Shown: positions 38,581-53,552 of the stretch, one piece after another
Position numbering within the stretch: the stretch's first letter is position 1
Layout of the letters: each line of letters opens with the position of its first letter
Assembly (NCBI RefSeq): GCF_902652985.1
Contig: NC_047016.1
Coordinates: 34,782,001 to 34,846,000 of the forward strand
Reading direction: 5' to 3'
Length of the DNA stretch: 64,000 nucleotides
From: Pecten maximus
Taxonomy: Eukaryota
Program-made: the position numbers and the translations under genes
Notes under the pieces: generated by a model
What the model was told of the DNA's origin: nothing
What the model saw: only the letters and a program-made list of their open reading frames with translations
Database searches by the model: none

Positions 38581-41377
38581 TAAAACAGGGGTTTCTTCAG
38601 TGCATTTTTTTTAAATTTTCAATATAAAGTTAGTATTGTTAGTTTTCGTTAATAAGATGAACCAGAGAACGCATGTATTTGACTTTCAATTCAACCGTAT
38701 CATACATTATTGGTCAAAGGCGTAAAAGTATAACAGAAGATTTTCGTGGACTGTTTGTTTTTTATTTCACTGAAATAACATTTCTGAAAATGCAATAGAT
38801 TATACTTGTATACGTGACGGCAACTGACACCACAAGCACATCTTATGTACAAGGATGGTTTCAGACTTGAATTACGGCGTTGTGTACATGGGGGACACCC
38901 TATAAAGCAACAACGAACAGTAAACATGTCAGAAACGACAGGGAGAAAACATCAACGTTAGTAATTATGTTGTCAATGACAATAGTATGAAACCCTAAAG
39001 GAACATTATCCACCGAATACACGTCCTTTTCACGCGGCGAAGTTGACATGTGTTGTTTGAGTACATTTTCACTGCCAGTATCAATAATGTAACCCCGTTA
39101 TCGTATGGTTAAAAAGCATATAAAATATTAATTTGAATTTCATAACCTCTCGTGTTCTATTTCATATAAATCGTGTAACATTGTCCATTGACGTTACCAG
39201 AATGTATCCTATTTCTATCCGGTGATTGGGCGTACCACGGTATCAGATAGCCGATGAGCGCATGCATACACTGTACATCATGTATGTTGTTACCAAACCA
39301 AATGTCATGTTATGTGCAGTTTGCTATGGTTTATGTTCCCCTGATTGTGCTCTCGAGAAACGCTATTGTCACAATTCCGTTTTTCGTTATCCCCACGAGA
39401 ATTATAGCTAATTCAATACAATGTTCCGATTCAATGTAATTACCAAAAGAACAAAAAATTGTCTCGAAATACGCACGGGAGGTTTATTTTACAGAGCACT
39501 AATTGCTAGGAAAAGAAACGAAATGACGAGGAACGAAATACATGCGATATATCACTATCAATAAAAAGGATAATCCTGGCAGATTCGCAATGCTGTGATG
39601 GCTGCCGTGGCGTTTCACAATATAAATCAACACAATTAAAGACACTGAAAACACGATTAAACCTTTCACACTCGCTAATCTCGGCTACGAACCTCCGCAG
39701 TTGACGTGAGAAATATAGATTTCTAAATATTTATGTTTATACAAAAAGAAAACCCTTTAAAGCCTTGTTAGTGTATCAGTGTTAGTTTGCACATTAGAGT
39801 GGTACGCTTACTGTTCAAATCGAATAAAATGAAGTGGTTTTCATAGCATTATGAACGTAAGTCACGATTGTCGTATGAGTTGTATTTGCTCATATAGCAA
39901 TTCTATGGGTCAATGAGACGCTTGGATCTTTGTGTTGAGTAACACTATAGGTTGTTTTGAAGAAATCCCTCAACTACAATGTATCCGAAATTGCTGAGAT
40001 TTCATTCCTCTGAAATCCTTTCATTTTTTTATATAAAAATAAAAATAATTTATTAGTATACATGGATTAAATGTATTTTAATCACTATTTATGTCTTCAT
40101 AGTGCAAATGTATGAATATTGAAACATGAATACCAATCAGCTCAGTACCTGAGTCGTTAATAAATTGAGTGATGATTTTGAGATTTACTTGTTTAAAAGT
40201 AGAAATGTAAGATCAACAAGAATGACAGGCTGTAAAGAAATAAAAAGATATCTTCATCAACCTGACTACCAGGATGCCACATGTATGTAATTTAATATAG
40301 GGATACCCATGTCGGATTTAGTTCTCGATCGCAGAGTTGTGACACATCTTATTACGGTAGGATGGTTCATACATTACGTCTTAATTACATTTATAGACCT
40401 GCCTTTGAAAAGTAAGCTTTTTTGTGATCAGGATTGATTTTAAGCGTTCGCGTGAGAGAGACTTGTCTTTGTCAGCATTGATTTTCAAGCTTGTGCGTGA
40501 GAAATATATCTATAAATAGGACTTTGTTTTGTCCCCAACTAGTCAAGCTTTCGCCAAGATCCCGGTTGTGTTGGTAAAGCTAAATTACTCTATTACATTT
40601 GTCGGTGTATAATGTATTTTGATGATAGAATTTAGACAAGATTTGATTGTATAGAAATAGACTGACCTATATACAATGTACCATGTATGCGTTGATGGAT
40701 GCAGTGGATGACTTCGAGCGAGAATATACTGTAGGGGAAATATTTTCTTCGAAGCAGAAATGCTTAGAAACACTTTTGCGTGATATTGGTTGTTGGGCAA
40801 TATGAACAGAATATATCATGCTTATAGAGTAAATCCATGAGCTTAAAACGAGATAACGTAGTGGGTTGAATAGATATTTTTGTGTGTTTCAGAGGTCGAT
40901 GGAAAACTTTGCATTACGTGTATAGTAATGCCTTTTAGGTATATCTATGTAATTTAGTTTGTTCACGGCGATATTTTAGTAAAGGTCGACAACGCTGACG
41001 TAATGTCCTGGCTCGAAGTTTATACTCTTATGATAAGGGCGTGACGTCTCTATCCCGGTGATATGATCACCAGTAACAACTGTTACAACGTTAACACAAA
41101 TCTGCTGGATATGTTAAACCGTAAAATATACACCAATATTGATCATCGTACAATACAAAACATGTCCGACCGTCATGTGACGGCAATTACGACCACGCAC
41201 GGGTCAGAGGTCAGAATCAGGTACAGCAGCTGCCACGTCTATGACATCACTATGTCTGTCAATAACAATAGGATTGCACATGCTACAAGAACACGATGTC
41301 ACACTTTTTTTCTATAAAGTCTAGTAATTTGACACGTGTATTCATGAGTAAGTCATAATATCAGTCATGCTGTAATC

Positions 41378-41426
41378 ACAACAACAAAAACAACAACAAC
41401 AAAAACAACAAAAACAACAACAACAA
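41378..41426. repeat. (CAA)n microsatellite
   Basis: Visible tract. Confidence 0.9.
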
Positions 41427-44400
41427 TGTGAATCATAAGTTACTTTCTGATGTAAACATGGCATATGATAGATAATCCAAGCACATTAACAATCTATACA
41501 ATACTGCCGATATGGTAAGCTTCCATAAACACTTACACCAATTTACAAAGCACAACATGGACACCTTTGCTCGGATGGTCACAGAGAATGTGTCGAGATT
41601 GGGATAGACAAAATAAGGCCGCTGGTAGGATACAGGCAATCAGCAGGCCGTGACTGGGCCTTCAGGGATGTTATCTTATTGTCAAACAAAACACATCAAA
41701 CATACTCCCTTTTTAGATCGTAGAAAGTGATTGATGGGCTTGATGGTGAACTCAAAGTCGAATCTTGCCAAATGGAATAACCTTAGAGAAAGAATGCTGG
41801 TCCTGATCTTCGCCGTCTAACAATCACACCGAGAATAGGTTAGAACAGATTGTGGAAGTAGTTGAACACTGACCGCCGGTGTTTTATGATATATGTCATA
41901 CTTATCTACATGAACCAGATTATCCGAGTTAAGTATGGATGGTGAAAATGGCCAGACGGAAGATTCTTAGTACTCCGTAAATCTTTCTTTGTGTTACAAT
42001 TAAGCAACATGTTGTATCATTTTCATCGAAAATTTGAATACTTGCGTCAAGGTAAGGGCCGCTTTAGGGTTTCGATTCACTGAGTGTTTTGTTTCATTTT
42101 TCATTGTTCCTGGCGTTGAGAGTCCAGACAAGAAGCATCAGATACCATTTTAATGACTTTGATATGTACCATGTTTTGGAAACAATACTCATGGCCTTCA
42201 TTGTAGTAACAACGCTCAAATATTCATCAATTGTGTGACAGTGTCTGGAGAGAAATAAGGAAGTAACAAACAAGTTGTTTAGAAAAGAAAGAAAATTTGT
42301 CGATCCCACAATAATTAAGTCTTCGGAATCGTGCAATGGGAGAAGCTGGTACAATTCATTATCATGGCGTATGTATCAAATAAATCGAAAAGCGAGACAT
42401 TGTTTTATGTAGACATACTGTAGTGTTATATGACGCACTGCTTTAATACAAATTCCACTTTCACGGACTGTTTCTATGTTCGAGTACAGAGACTAGTATA
42501 GTACACATGTACCAACAACCAGCACCGATTGGTCAAGTTCATAAAATGATTACGAGAAACTATATATACGATCAGACAGGTTAAGTGCTAATATGACCCG
42601 AGTATGGTTAATAATTTAGTACATGTGATGTCAAGCGTAACGCAAAAGGCTATATTTCTAGAAAGGTGCTGCATTGAATAACCACGTGACTGTTCACATG
42701 GCTGACAACATTAACTGGCAGTAGTATTATTCATATCAAGCAAATGACGTTGTGAAATAGTCCGATATGTCCATAACCTGTAAATGACTAGGCTATTGAA
42801 CAAACACTATACAAATCAATGATGGACATTGACATAAAGGATCAGTACCACAGTCGCATATTTACAACAAGTAAACTACGCCCTCCGGAAGTTATAAAAT
42901 CAATAACCCGTATGTAAAATATCGACTGTCGTCGATCACGTGACATATGTAACAGCTTAATTACAATGAAAAAGTAAACTTGTTTCATTTTGTACACAGG
43001 TATACAGTATGCAAGGTACACTATTGTGTATTTAGATCATATTATTTAAATTAGAGTTGTCTACCCTTATATTGTCATAATTGCTTTTTTGAAAATGGAT
43101 ATGTAGTCTTCCTTGCATAAAGGGTTGCTTCCCTTTCTTTCGTTCTTTCATTCTTAGCTGTTTCCTTGAACACATCATCTTCCATGACGCCAGTGGTCAT
43201 ATATACTTTTTAACTATCTTTGTATGTTAGATAATAGTGTATCTTTATTTCTCAACTGTGTATTTAATTTTCATAATATACTTAATTCACGAAAGATATG
43301 TTACAGTACGTAGTGGAACATTTACATTACAAAGTTACAAAAAAAAAATAAATAAAAATTAGATAAACTCGTTAAAATGATATAAAGAGTAACCATGACA
43401 TTGATGCATTTAATAAAACTACAGGCAAAACAGAGGTAAAAGTCTGCAGCCATCCACAGCAGCTATATGCAGACAACACAAGCACTGTTGATGGTACCTG
43501 TGCAGTCGTTACACGTGTTGGGCTATCAAGCAATAAATCATGTTGAGACACGGATCATTATATGCAAATTTTTCTTCTTCTGTTTTTTGTGAATCAAAAC
43601 CCGGCGAAACGATTTCTCAATCATTATACACTGTAGTCGACCAGCCAAGAGCCCGGAAGCTAGGAACGATCACTCTCGACCCCAGCTGAGAAAATGACGT
43701 GTCGCCAGCGCGCGTGTAATCGACTTTGGTAGGATCTCTTGCCGGGATGCCGCGGACTTCAAAGAAAGTGTGACATTTTTAGATCCCTTGTGATATCAGG
43801 CGAGAAAATCATCCGGGAACACTAGGCCGTGTGCGCACCAACAGGACCAATAGTTGGCTGGTGTTGTCTTGCGTTTTGAACAAGTTCTCCAATTTATCCT
43901 GATTTCACGGTTATTTTTTTCCGTCGTAAATAAATAATTAGATATTTCACAGTTAACTTCGTCATAGTTTTATTTTTATGCAATGCTATATGATAAGAAC
44001 TTTTCACATGCAGTATTACTAGTAGAACTAGCTTACCTTCTATTCTAAACGTAGAGTTACTTTGTTGTTTCAAAAGAAGCTTGATTGCTTTGCGATGAGG
44101 CTTTCATTAGTTCAACAGTATTTTTCTTCAAAATGTATTCATATATACATACATTTTATAATTGGGATCGGAAAATAAGCTTTGGGCTTTCCTTCAGTGG
44201 AGAGAAAAACAACGGTAAGAATAAATATATTGTATTTGCACAAAAAACCTCTTTGAGAAGACGTACTCTTCAAAATGCAAATTGATGTGAAAAATAGTAG
44301 TTTGGTACATTGATATATTCCTACTCCCTGATAATATTGTGTTATATGATGCAACAAATCATCGTTAAGACTTAACAAGAAAAGTTAGGGATATTCTCAA

Positions 44401-46315
44401 ATTTCCGTACCCATGATTTCACTCAAATACTCACGAAGGGAATTTCTCAGCGTTGATTCAATATGAAACTCTAGTTTTATATTTACAGAACGAAAATTGA
44501 TAATACAATGACCCTAGGCCTAAATACAAGATATCATGTCTCCTCTAATATCCTTAGCCACTCCAAAGATGCAACAATTCAATAATTGTTTCATTTCCTG
44601 AAGCAAAACAACAACTTTGAAACCTTCTCAAAATATGCTAAAGAAGAACAATGACTATTGTTCTGTAGATAGAGATATCTCAACCCGAATGTATGAATCG
44701 GGCTTCTCAGCCAAACTCTTACATGAGGGTTGAGATATCCCTGTTCAGGGGAAATGTTCATGTTCACACAAACCTAACAAATTACAATTTGCAAGTTGCT
44801 CTAAAACCTTTACATACCTCCTATCATCAAATATCCCATAAGATATGCATTGGGATTGATAATGTTATCAATTTGCGATGTGGTTACGCTACATACAATG
44901 CACTATGATGACGTTCCGCTATTGTAAATAGCGTCATAGCGCATGCCAGTTGTCTTTCGTTACCCCGTCTGAGATATAGTTATCCCCGTCCATAGCATGT
45001 CAGAAAATTGGGGTCTCTGCAGTTTTTTTTTTTTTTATCTCTACAGGTGCCAGAAAACAATGATTAATAATGACAACGCTAGTAATTGTTGTACCCAATC
45101 GGTGACCTATTCTCTTGCAGATGGTCCTGAATGCTTCTGTGGAGTCAAGCAAACAAGAATTTAATTTCTCATTTAATTGTAACATATTTACTAAATAAAG
45201 AACAATTCTCTTTAGCAATTAACCAAAATGTATTCTCCGAGAAATGATAAGTTGTGATCCGATATGTTCGTTTATATCACGTTCTGCTCGGCTTATATGA
45301 TATTATTTACACTAACAAGCTCTAACCTTCTTTCTCTGCTTGTTCTTTCTCTCAATCCTATCTTCGTCTTTTTTAATAAAATTTCGAAACTATACAACGT
45401 TAAGTCTTTTACTATATGTATATTTGTTTATAATGTAAATATAAAAGGAGTTTAATCCATTTGTACATAGCCCTATTTATTATTTGAGAAGTTATGTTTA
45501 AGCTTGACTATTGTTTTCTACGTAATCTTTGAAGGTATCAAAGAAGAAAATTATGGCGTGGTAGCAATGCTCTATTTTATGTGGTGACCTATATCACATG
45601 TACCCGGAATCACAGAAGGACAACAATAATTGTACCACTGGAAAACTCCTTACTGATAAAGAAATATTAATTCCGTGACGAAACTGATATCACGATATAT
45701 GTATATCCTTTCCGTGCCTTCCAGACTATCAGACATATACTGATGGCCTTTGTAAATAGGGGATACGATATACGTCATTCTAGAGACATTCATGGTTATA
45801 TCTGGTAGCGTCCTGCCATTGTCACCCGGGAATCCCAATCACGTATATATGTACACCCACTATCGGTTTTGGAGTCCCCTTTAATCCTAATATACGAATT
45901 ACGTATGCTTATTGATGACGATGATGGTCTTGTAACTTGCTTTAGTGTCATGCTATAACATTACTATTTCGCTCGATATGTCGTCAAAAAACATTATATA
46001 TTTCCATGATAAGCGAGCATTGTAATCTACTGTTGTATGGTTAGAAACAGGGTGCCCAACATTCAGTTATCTTGTCAAAGCAACTGCAAATAACATTTCT
46101 AAGGAAAAAGGAAGTAACCTCATCTGAAATTATCTTTTAAATATTTGCATATGTATGGTATTGATATCGTTCGACAAATTGCAATGACGCAATCCAATCG
46201 ACAATAAAAAGGGAGGTCCTTTTCTATTCAGGAGTGATCTGACTACTAATTGAAACAACCCAATAAGGACCGATTCGATAGCCGTGTTAACAAAATCAGG
46301 TGTCAATAAATGTCA

Positions 46316-46349
46316 CTGCCGATCTCTCGAGAGATCCCGAGATCGGCAG
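46316..46349. repeat. Nested inverted repeat / palindrome
   Basis: CTGCCGATCTC...GAGATCGGCAG (11-bp perfect IR) overlaps the 16-bp perfect palindrome GATCTCTCGAGAGATC (46321-46336). Confidence 0.9.
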
Positions 46350-47827
46350 AGGTTAACTTTCTATACAGCGATGGCAAAAAAACCCTTTCTGGTTACAACA
46401 TGATTAACTACGTTCTTTCCCTACTGAACCTCTTGGCTCCATATCACAACATGTACTGTGCATACATGTATATGAATCTGTTTATAGGCACTGATATATA
46501 CATTGTATATATAAGAACTTATATTTGTTTTTATTTCATATGAAGAAAGAGTGATATTTTTTTTTTTTTTTTCCATTTTTGGCGAGCTAAAATTTCATGA
46601 AATCTCATATGAAATGTGCAGCAAAGGTATTCTTTGTTAATGAATTCTAGCTTACTTTCGTCTATCAAATGCAACAAAAGAAAACAACGAGTGGTATCAG
46701 GGTTGTATGCAATAATCATGAAAGGAATTAAGAATTGAACCATAAAAAAAATCTGCATTCATATGTACATTCTAGCAATATCATGTGTGCTGCTCTTAAA
46801 AGTGACGTAAAGTTACAATTTCCTAATATACATGAATAGTGGGACTCAGACGGGTTTACTTGAATACGACACTATCAATATTGGTCTTAAGAAATAAAAA
46901 AAAATCCTAAGTAGAGTCAGATCATTTTATTGCCACCATAGATTACAGGAAGTGATTATTAGGGAATTATTTAAGCAGTTTTTGGCATAAATAGCTTGCG
47001 GAATAGTGATGTTCAGCGTTGTCATTTCAAGTCATTAACGTTTTCATTGTCAATAAGTGGGTAAATAGGTCACAGTCATTCAGGGAGGGATTACACGTAA
47101 GTAACTGTCGGGTAAACATATATGGATCGAAAGTATACAGGCTATAGACAGACAAATCGTTTACTTTTGACAGGTTCTTCCTTAGTTTACTACAGATTGT
47201 AGGTCATAGATATACACAATAAATAAAAAATTCAAATTGAAACGTTTGTGTCTTTTCCTGACAGTTTAATATTTGGGGAAATAGGTATTGCAGCGTTCAT
47301 GCCGCAATATAAACGAACTTTATGTACTAGAACCACCCCATTTCAAAATATTCGCATGTGAACATGCACTTTATTCAATGAGCGATGGCGGATGTCAGGC
47401 GCGGCGTCAGGTACGTACCATGTAAGTATGTAGCATTGCCATATATATATCTTTATATTTAGGCCATATGCACTGTAACTCATTGCATTCTGTATTGTGC
47501 CTCCAACAAAATTTGAGATAATACACGTATATCAAATATGCATTAAATACAACGTGTGCAAACACACTTCAGAAAGAGTTGTGTGTTGTAGAAATTTAGG
47601 CCGATGTATTTAGATCTGAACGTGTTTGATTTCCTCTATCACAACAAGTTTGGAAAGTAGATAATAATCCATATCACCGTATCAGCATTCAACATTTTTA
47701 TCATGTGATACTCGCGCTTTAGATATCGTGAAATTCGAGATTTGGTAAGTTCCTGGAGAAGGGGGCTATTTTATAGTAATATCGACTCTCGGTATGCTGA
47801 TATGTTAGCTAAACTATAACTAGAATG

Positions 47828-48051
47828 TTTGGTTTGATTGTTTTTGTTTAACGTCCTATTAACAGCCAGGGTCATTTAAGGACGTGCCAGGTTTTGGAGG
47901 TGGAGGAAAGCCGGAGTACCCGGAGAAAAACCACCGGCCTACGGTCAGTACCTGGCAACTGCCCCACGTAGGTTTCGAACTCGCAACCCAGAGGTGGAGG
48001 GCTAGTGCTAAAGTGTCGGGACACCTTAACCACTCTGCCACCGCGGCCCCT
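47828..48051 (-). mobile_element. Full-length tRNA-derived SINE with V-domain-like core and 8-bp TSD
   Basis: Head GGGGCCGCGGTGGCAGAGTGGTTAAG (A box), B box GTTCGAAAC, core GGTTTTTCTCCGGGTACTCCGGCTTTCCTCC, A/C-rich tail. TSD CTAGAATG at 47820-47827 and 48052-48059. Confidence 0.92.
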
Positions 48052-49685
48052 CTAGAATGACCTTTTGGCGTATTTTAACTTCAATTTTCTATTCTCTCGG
48101 AAATGTGTCAGTACTTAGGCATAAAACGTTTGAAGAGAACAGTGCTTCGTCACGAACAGGCAGATTTACATAAATGGAGTCAACTCCACCTGATATATTT
48201 ACTATTAGAATAAAAATGTACAATAGTTTCAAAATTAGAGAAATAAGTCACTTTTGTACTTAAATACATTCATTATTAACACTGACTTTGTGATTTGTTT
48301 CAAAAGAATTTCGCCCTGAAGTGTATCACTTACTTTCAATAGAATATATTTTGTCGTCATTTTAGTAGATACCAGTGTTATTCCATAAACAAATCGGTCA
48401 ATGGAATATCTATTACGTACTTGATATTGAATTAAAAGGGACCAAGAAACACCAGACCTACAGAATGGTATGCTATTACGGAGTATTAATGGACATTTTA
48501 AGTTAAAACTCGATAATATCCCAGTATATCTTAATCAATAGGACATATCGATCGCTGATCCATTTTCTAATATTACATGTGTACCTCAGAACGCAAAACA
48601 TATTTACAAGAATACTTCATCGGTTACATACCGCGAAACCACACTTTTTCAGACAGTTTCAATTTCCCAAATTAATATGAATATGTATCCAAATTACTTT
48701 TCCGAAACGAAGTTAACCGGGTTATTGAAATTGAGTTGAAAATCATTACTCTTCACGCCGTAAATGCCGAAAAAATTCATCCGAATGGATTATGATTCAC
48801 TTAATTTCTATCATACGCAGATTAATTTGATATTTTCCATCATAGCAACGGTCGACAAATGCAATAACGATAAAGTCAAATGCAATAGGTTAAAAGCGAT
48901 GTCGCGATAATTTCAACACGCGAAAACCATTAATTTGCAGTAAGCTAATCTGATGACAAACACTGGATCTAAGATAACACAATATCAACACACAGCAATT
49001 CAATTACACTGTTGATACAGTTAACCAGGCTCCACTCCAAATGGCACAGACACTCGTTAGCAAATCACTGCGCAAATATATCCTTCATTGATCTAACTAA
49101 TACTACGTCATAATCGTGCGAAGCTCTCTCGTCCCCTGGGGAGACCATCCAGACATTCCCGACTTCCAATTATTCAACTATTCCTTATAAGATGTGCTAT
49201 TTTGATTTCTACAAAGTCGACATTTTCCGCTTTCAATTGATTTTTTGTAATTAATTCACGTCGCTTCAATGGTGTGAATATAACTGAAGCTTATTATAGC
49301 GAATTTCGACCTGTGAAATATTATTGTCGAGTCCAGACGCTTAACTGGTGACTTTTCTTATGTTATATGTTATAAAGTCCTATTTCAGGGATTTCAATGA
49401 AATATATGCATAATTACGCGCTTTCTATGTGTACGCGGACGTTCTTCTTAGAACGTTGGATCGTCCCAGCTACCAATGTGACTAGAAAAGACAAACGCAT
49501 TTGAAATAAGTTATACTTATAATAATATTGAAATTCATAATCTTTATTCTTTATACGTTCTTCTTGGTTGTCAAACATCAGCATTTAGTTAGGCCATGCC
49601 TAGAATATAGAATACTATATAACACGTTCTTGTAAATATTGATAAGGCGTAAATAATGTGTGTTTCAGTTTTCATCTCGGAAAAA

Positions 49686-49745
49686 GGTAGGTAGGTAGGG
49701 TAGGGTAGGGTAGGGTGGGTATGTATATAGGTAGGTAGATAGGTG
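49686..49745 (+). repeat. (GGTA)n/(GGGTA)n microsatellite with G-quadruplex motif
   Basis: Five GGG runs with 1-2 nt loops at 49698-49719. Confidence 0.85.
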
Positions 49746-52700
49746 TGCTGCTGTTTGTTGTTGTTTCACTTAATTATCTTTTTTGGTTACGTAAGTTCAA
49801 TAGAAGAGATATTCTGACTTCAACTGCTCCTTTGATAGTCACAATAAAATCTTTTGTGTAGGCACAGACTTATGGACCGGTAGGAAAACCTGAAGAACTA
49901 CATCTGTACTGTCCATATCGTTATTATTGTAAGGGCCTTGTTTTTGTGAGTATCTGATACATGAGGCTATTTCGGATCCATCGTATTGAAGAAGCTCTGG
50001 TTGTCTTGAACACAACTGACTTTTAATACATGGCTTTCCTGGTCAAAAACTATAAATCATTTGTCAGTATATTTAGTTGAGTATTAACTATCTTAACACA
50101 GAATCACAAAAACCCAGTCTGAAAAGCCATTTGTCAAAATTTGTAAAAAATGTTTAGATGTTTGAGTATAATCTTTAAAGTCACTTTTGTGGTTCTATTC
50201 ATCGATCAAGTTATATAGACAACGAGTAAATATACATTTTACAAAACATGGTTTGCCAAGGGTATTTACAATCTATCAGATATGGTTTACTCCGATACAT
50301 GTAATATCTCTTCTCATGAAGACTTCTGTCAAACATGCAGTTTATCTCCCTACATTGTGTGAGAAAGAGGTTTATTAAGCATCGTTGGACTGCATGAAGA
50401 CAGAATAATCAGTGAAATCATAGAAAAGGAGCGATCTATCCATACATGTATGATATTCCAATCCCCCTTCTTCTTTGTATATGGGCTCGTTATGCGAATG
50501 CATATGCATTACGTACTCCAGGTTCAATTCAAAGGTAAAAACCACGTCAGTGCAAAAATTAAGATGTCTGTTCAAATCTAATGCTTTTTTAAAAAAGGAA
50601 TCTTCTTTTGTATATATGATAATGCCTCGGAGGTTTACGTCGAGCTTCCCGCTACATGTTGCTGGGCTTAACATTTGTTTTTTATGAATGGTTTTACCTC
50701 GGGCTGTCGTTGATGTAAGGTCATGAGATGTGTAGGCCATCTTGTTATAGACAGAACATCTCCAGTAATTAGAGTTGACTATAAGAAGACGGCTCAATGA
50801 CGTTGCGGATTGAATGGGACAGGCCACGTGTCTATAGCTGACATGAACCCAATGAAAGGCTTTTAGATCGTAATCAATGAAATAGTAGCATTGATTCTTT
50901 GTCAATATGGGAAATCTACCCATCTGCCTAAACGAGAGTATATATGAGGACTTTTGTAAATACCTAACATGAACAGTGTGTATCGAATCACATTTGATTC
51001 ATAGCCTGCATTGTAATTGTGCATTTTGAAAATAATACAGTTGAAGTATTCAGTGGGGTGTAATGTTTACAAATATAATCTAATTATATACTAACAGTGA
51101 TTGGTTGAAAGGTTACACGTGACCAATGAAAATCTCCCCTACTGAAAACAGCTGCTGTGATCCAGGATCTGGATTCTTCATGTACGGTATACGTAAAAAA
51201 AATATGAACAGTACACAAGCAGACTGATATATTTGATAATGTCTCAATGTGGTACAACAGAATGTATACAGATTTGTGTTTAACATTATATGAAACTTTA
51301 TTATTTATATAATAATACAATAACATAAAAGAGTTGTAGACCTTTTACCAGGTGGATATGCTGTGCTATTAACATATAAACTGATGATAAACATTTGCAG
51401 GGTATTATAGCCTCAATGTTCATGTAAAACCATTATATGATGGACACCGGTTGGGTGGTCATGGCTGTGTGACGTAGCCCGTCATACTATGATCACATTG
51501 TTGTGGATAGTGACATCGCTTCAAAATATTCAAATACCACGAGGGTAAAGTTTCGATGATGCATTAAAGACTACAGTGATGAATGTACCTGTATTGCCAT
51601 AAATCATATCAAAATTTTGTAAGATAAATTGATTACAATATGATGCATTTGACTGAAAATAATAATTTGTCGGATGGTTGCATGTATAGCACAAATTGGC
51701 CGTGGAGAAGGTGTACGGCTGTTTTAATATAAAGAGACGGAAGTGTACAACGGTAAGAGAAATAGGCTGTAAACTGACGGTAGTGTTCGACAGTAAGTCA
51801 CATAAGACTGTTGAAGACATGAGTGAACCTTACAGTAGCGGAGGTCAGTTTCGTTAGCTTTAAATCGTAGCAGCGAGCAGGTGACATTTATCATTAGGAG
51901 TATGTCAACGATACCACTGGTCAACAAGAACATGCATAAGGCCAATCGATAAACAAACACTGATTTAGTGATAGCACTGCGAACTCTCCTGTCTGGAAGG
52001 AAGAAATGGACAGAGAATGCTGAGTAGTTGATATAGGAATCATATGATAACTTATAATTAAGACTCCACAATATGAGGATTTTAAGGAATGACATATCCT
52101 TTTGAAGACGTTATCATACGGATTTTAAAATGAAGTTAGGAATTATTTTAAGGATAACAGTTATCGTTTTCATGAAGTTGCAGTCCTTTCCGCTTGTCAA
52201 AACAAAACTAAAGTGGACGCTACGATAAGGTATCACTTCATCATGTGACAACATACATCACGTGATATGTATAATACACGTAGCGTCATTAAAAAATTAC
52301 ATTATGGTGTGTTTACACGAAAACAATGTTAAATTCAAGGATTCTTTTACGATGAGTATATTCGTAAATGGTGATGATTCAGTATTTCAAAATTCAATAA
52401 ACGTATTTCTTCCGCAATACGTACAGAGCATACATATATCGATGTATATACAATAAATGAAACTCTTCACGGGCATTGAACCAATTACACTTACATATTA
52501 AGCACTTAAAAATTAATTTCTATGAGCTGTTCAAATTGATAGATCTGAAATCGTGGAAAGTAGTTCATTATGATCATTAAAATTAAAACCAATGGGCCGC
52601 TGTTTTTGATTTATTGCCAATATTATATTGACACTATCGTCAGTTGAAATATTAATTTTGCGTTTTTCTTTTTTCGATACACAAAAATGTGACATTTGAT

Positions 52701-53527
52701 TATGTATATAGTATGAATCGAACATTTCCGTTACAGAACAATAGGAATTCTTCTACATCAGGATTTCTATTGTTATGTTGTACACACTATATAATAACAT
52801 ATTAGTTTCTTTGTGTCTATCGGAACCATTACGTACCGGGTACATCATTATAAGCTCCAAACAATGCGAGGGTTATTGACATACACGTTTCCTACTAGTC
52901 CTGAGAGACAAATTCAGTGTGTTATGACAGTCGCCTTGTCATCACTACAACATACACAGTAATCTAAATAAAAAAATCTTCTCATAGGAAAATTTCTATT
53001 ACAAAATCGCTGAACTAGCATGTATCATATACTGGTTGAGGCCTGATATAGCCCTGTCTGTTATGGGGACCAAAACTCCAGTCAAGCCAGACAAAAGGCA
53101 TTGTTATCCGGTGTCATTGTCTTCTTTTATATATAACACGTGTCAGTAATATTCTCTTTATAAAAGAAGGGGAAACTTTGACATTTTCTTCATGAGCTTT
53201 GTTAAGAAATAATCACAAACACAAGATTTTTGCTAGCATTTTCTCATAAAAATAACTTCACATAAGCTTTCGTTTCTTAATACGGAGTAAAAAATCGCGT
53301 CTCTAAGGAAAGTTTGATGACATGGAAACAACATCGTCGGCGTCTCTGTACATATATATAAAGATGTATATATATACATTTGGAGAGAGAGATATGCTGA
53401 CGGTGTTTATTGATGATGTAATAGTTGGTAACTTATGTAATACAGCCCCCACGTGTGTCGTGTATTTTCCATTTGAAAATCTAAAATAGACATGTTTTAT
53501 CGTTAGATCAACGTCTTCGGATCACAC

Positions 53528-53552
53528 ATATATATATATATATATATTATAT
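53528..53552. repeat. (TA)n microsatellite
   Basis: Visible tract. Confidence 0.9.

Noticed and set aside
45030-45165. Strong + strand acceptors (45046; also 40891, 53622, 58679) as exon 2
   Set aside because: Phase-1 frames hit early stops or lack a good donor or recognisable peptide.
47378-47430. ATG...CAG|GTACGT mini-exon
   Set aside because: Very short, no promoter context, and phase incompatible with the other candidate first exons.
47965-48050. tRNA gene
   Set aside because: The A/B boxes belong to a SINE head that continues into a core, tail and TSD.
50375-50923. 182-aa ORF on -
   Set aside because: No recognisable domain, background base composition and no exon-like boundaries.
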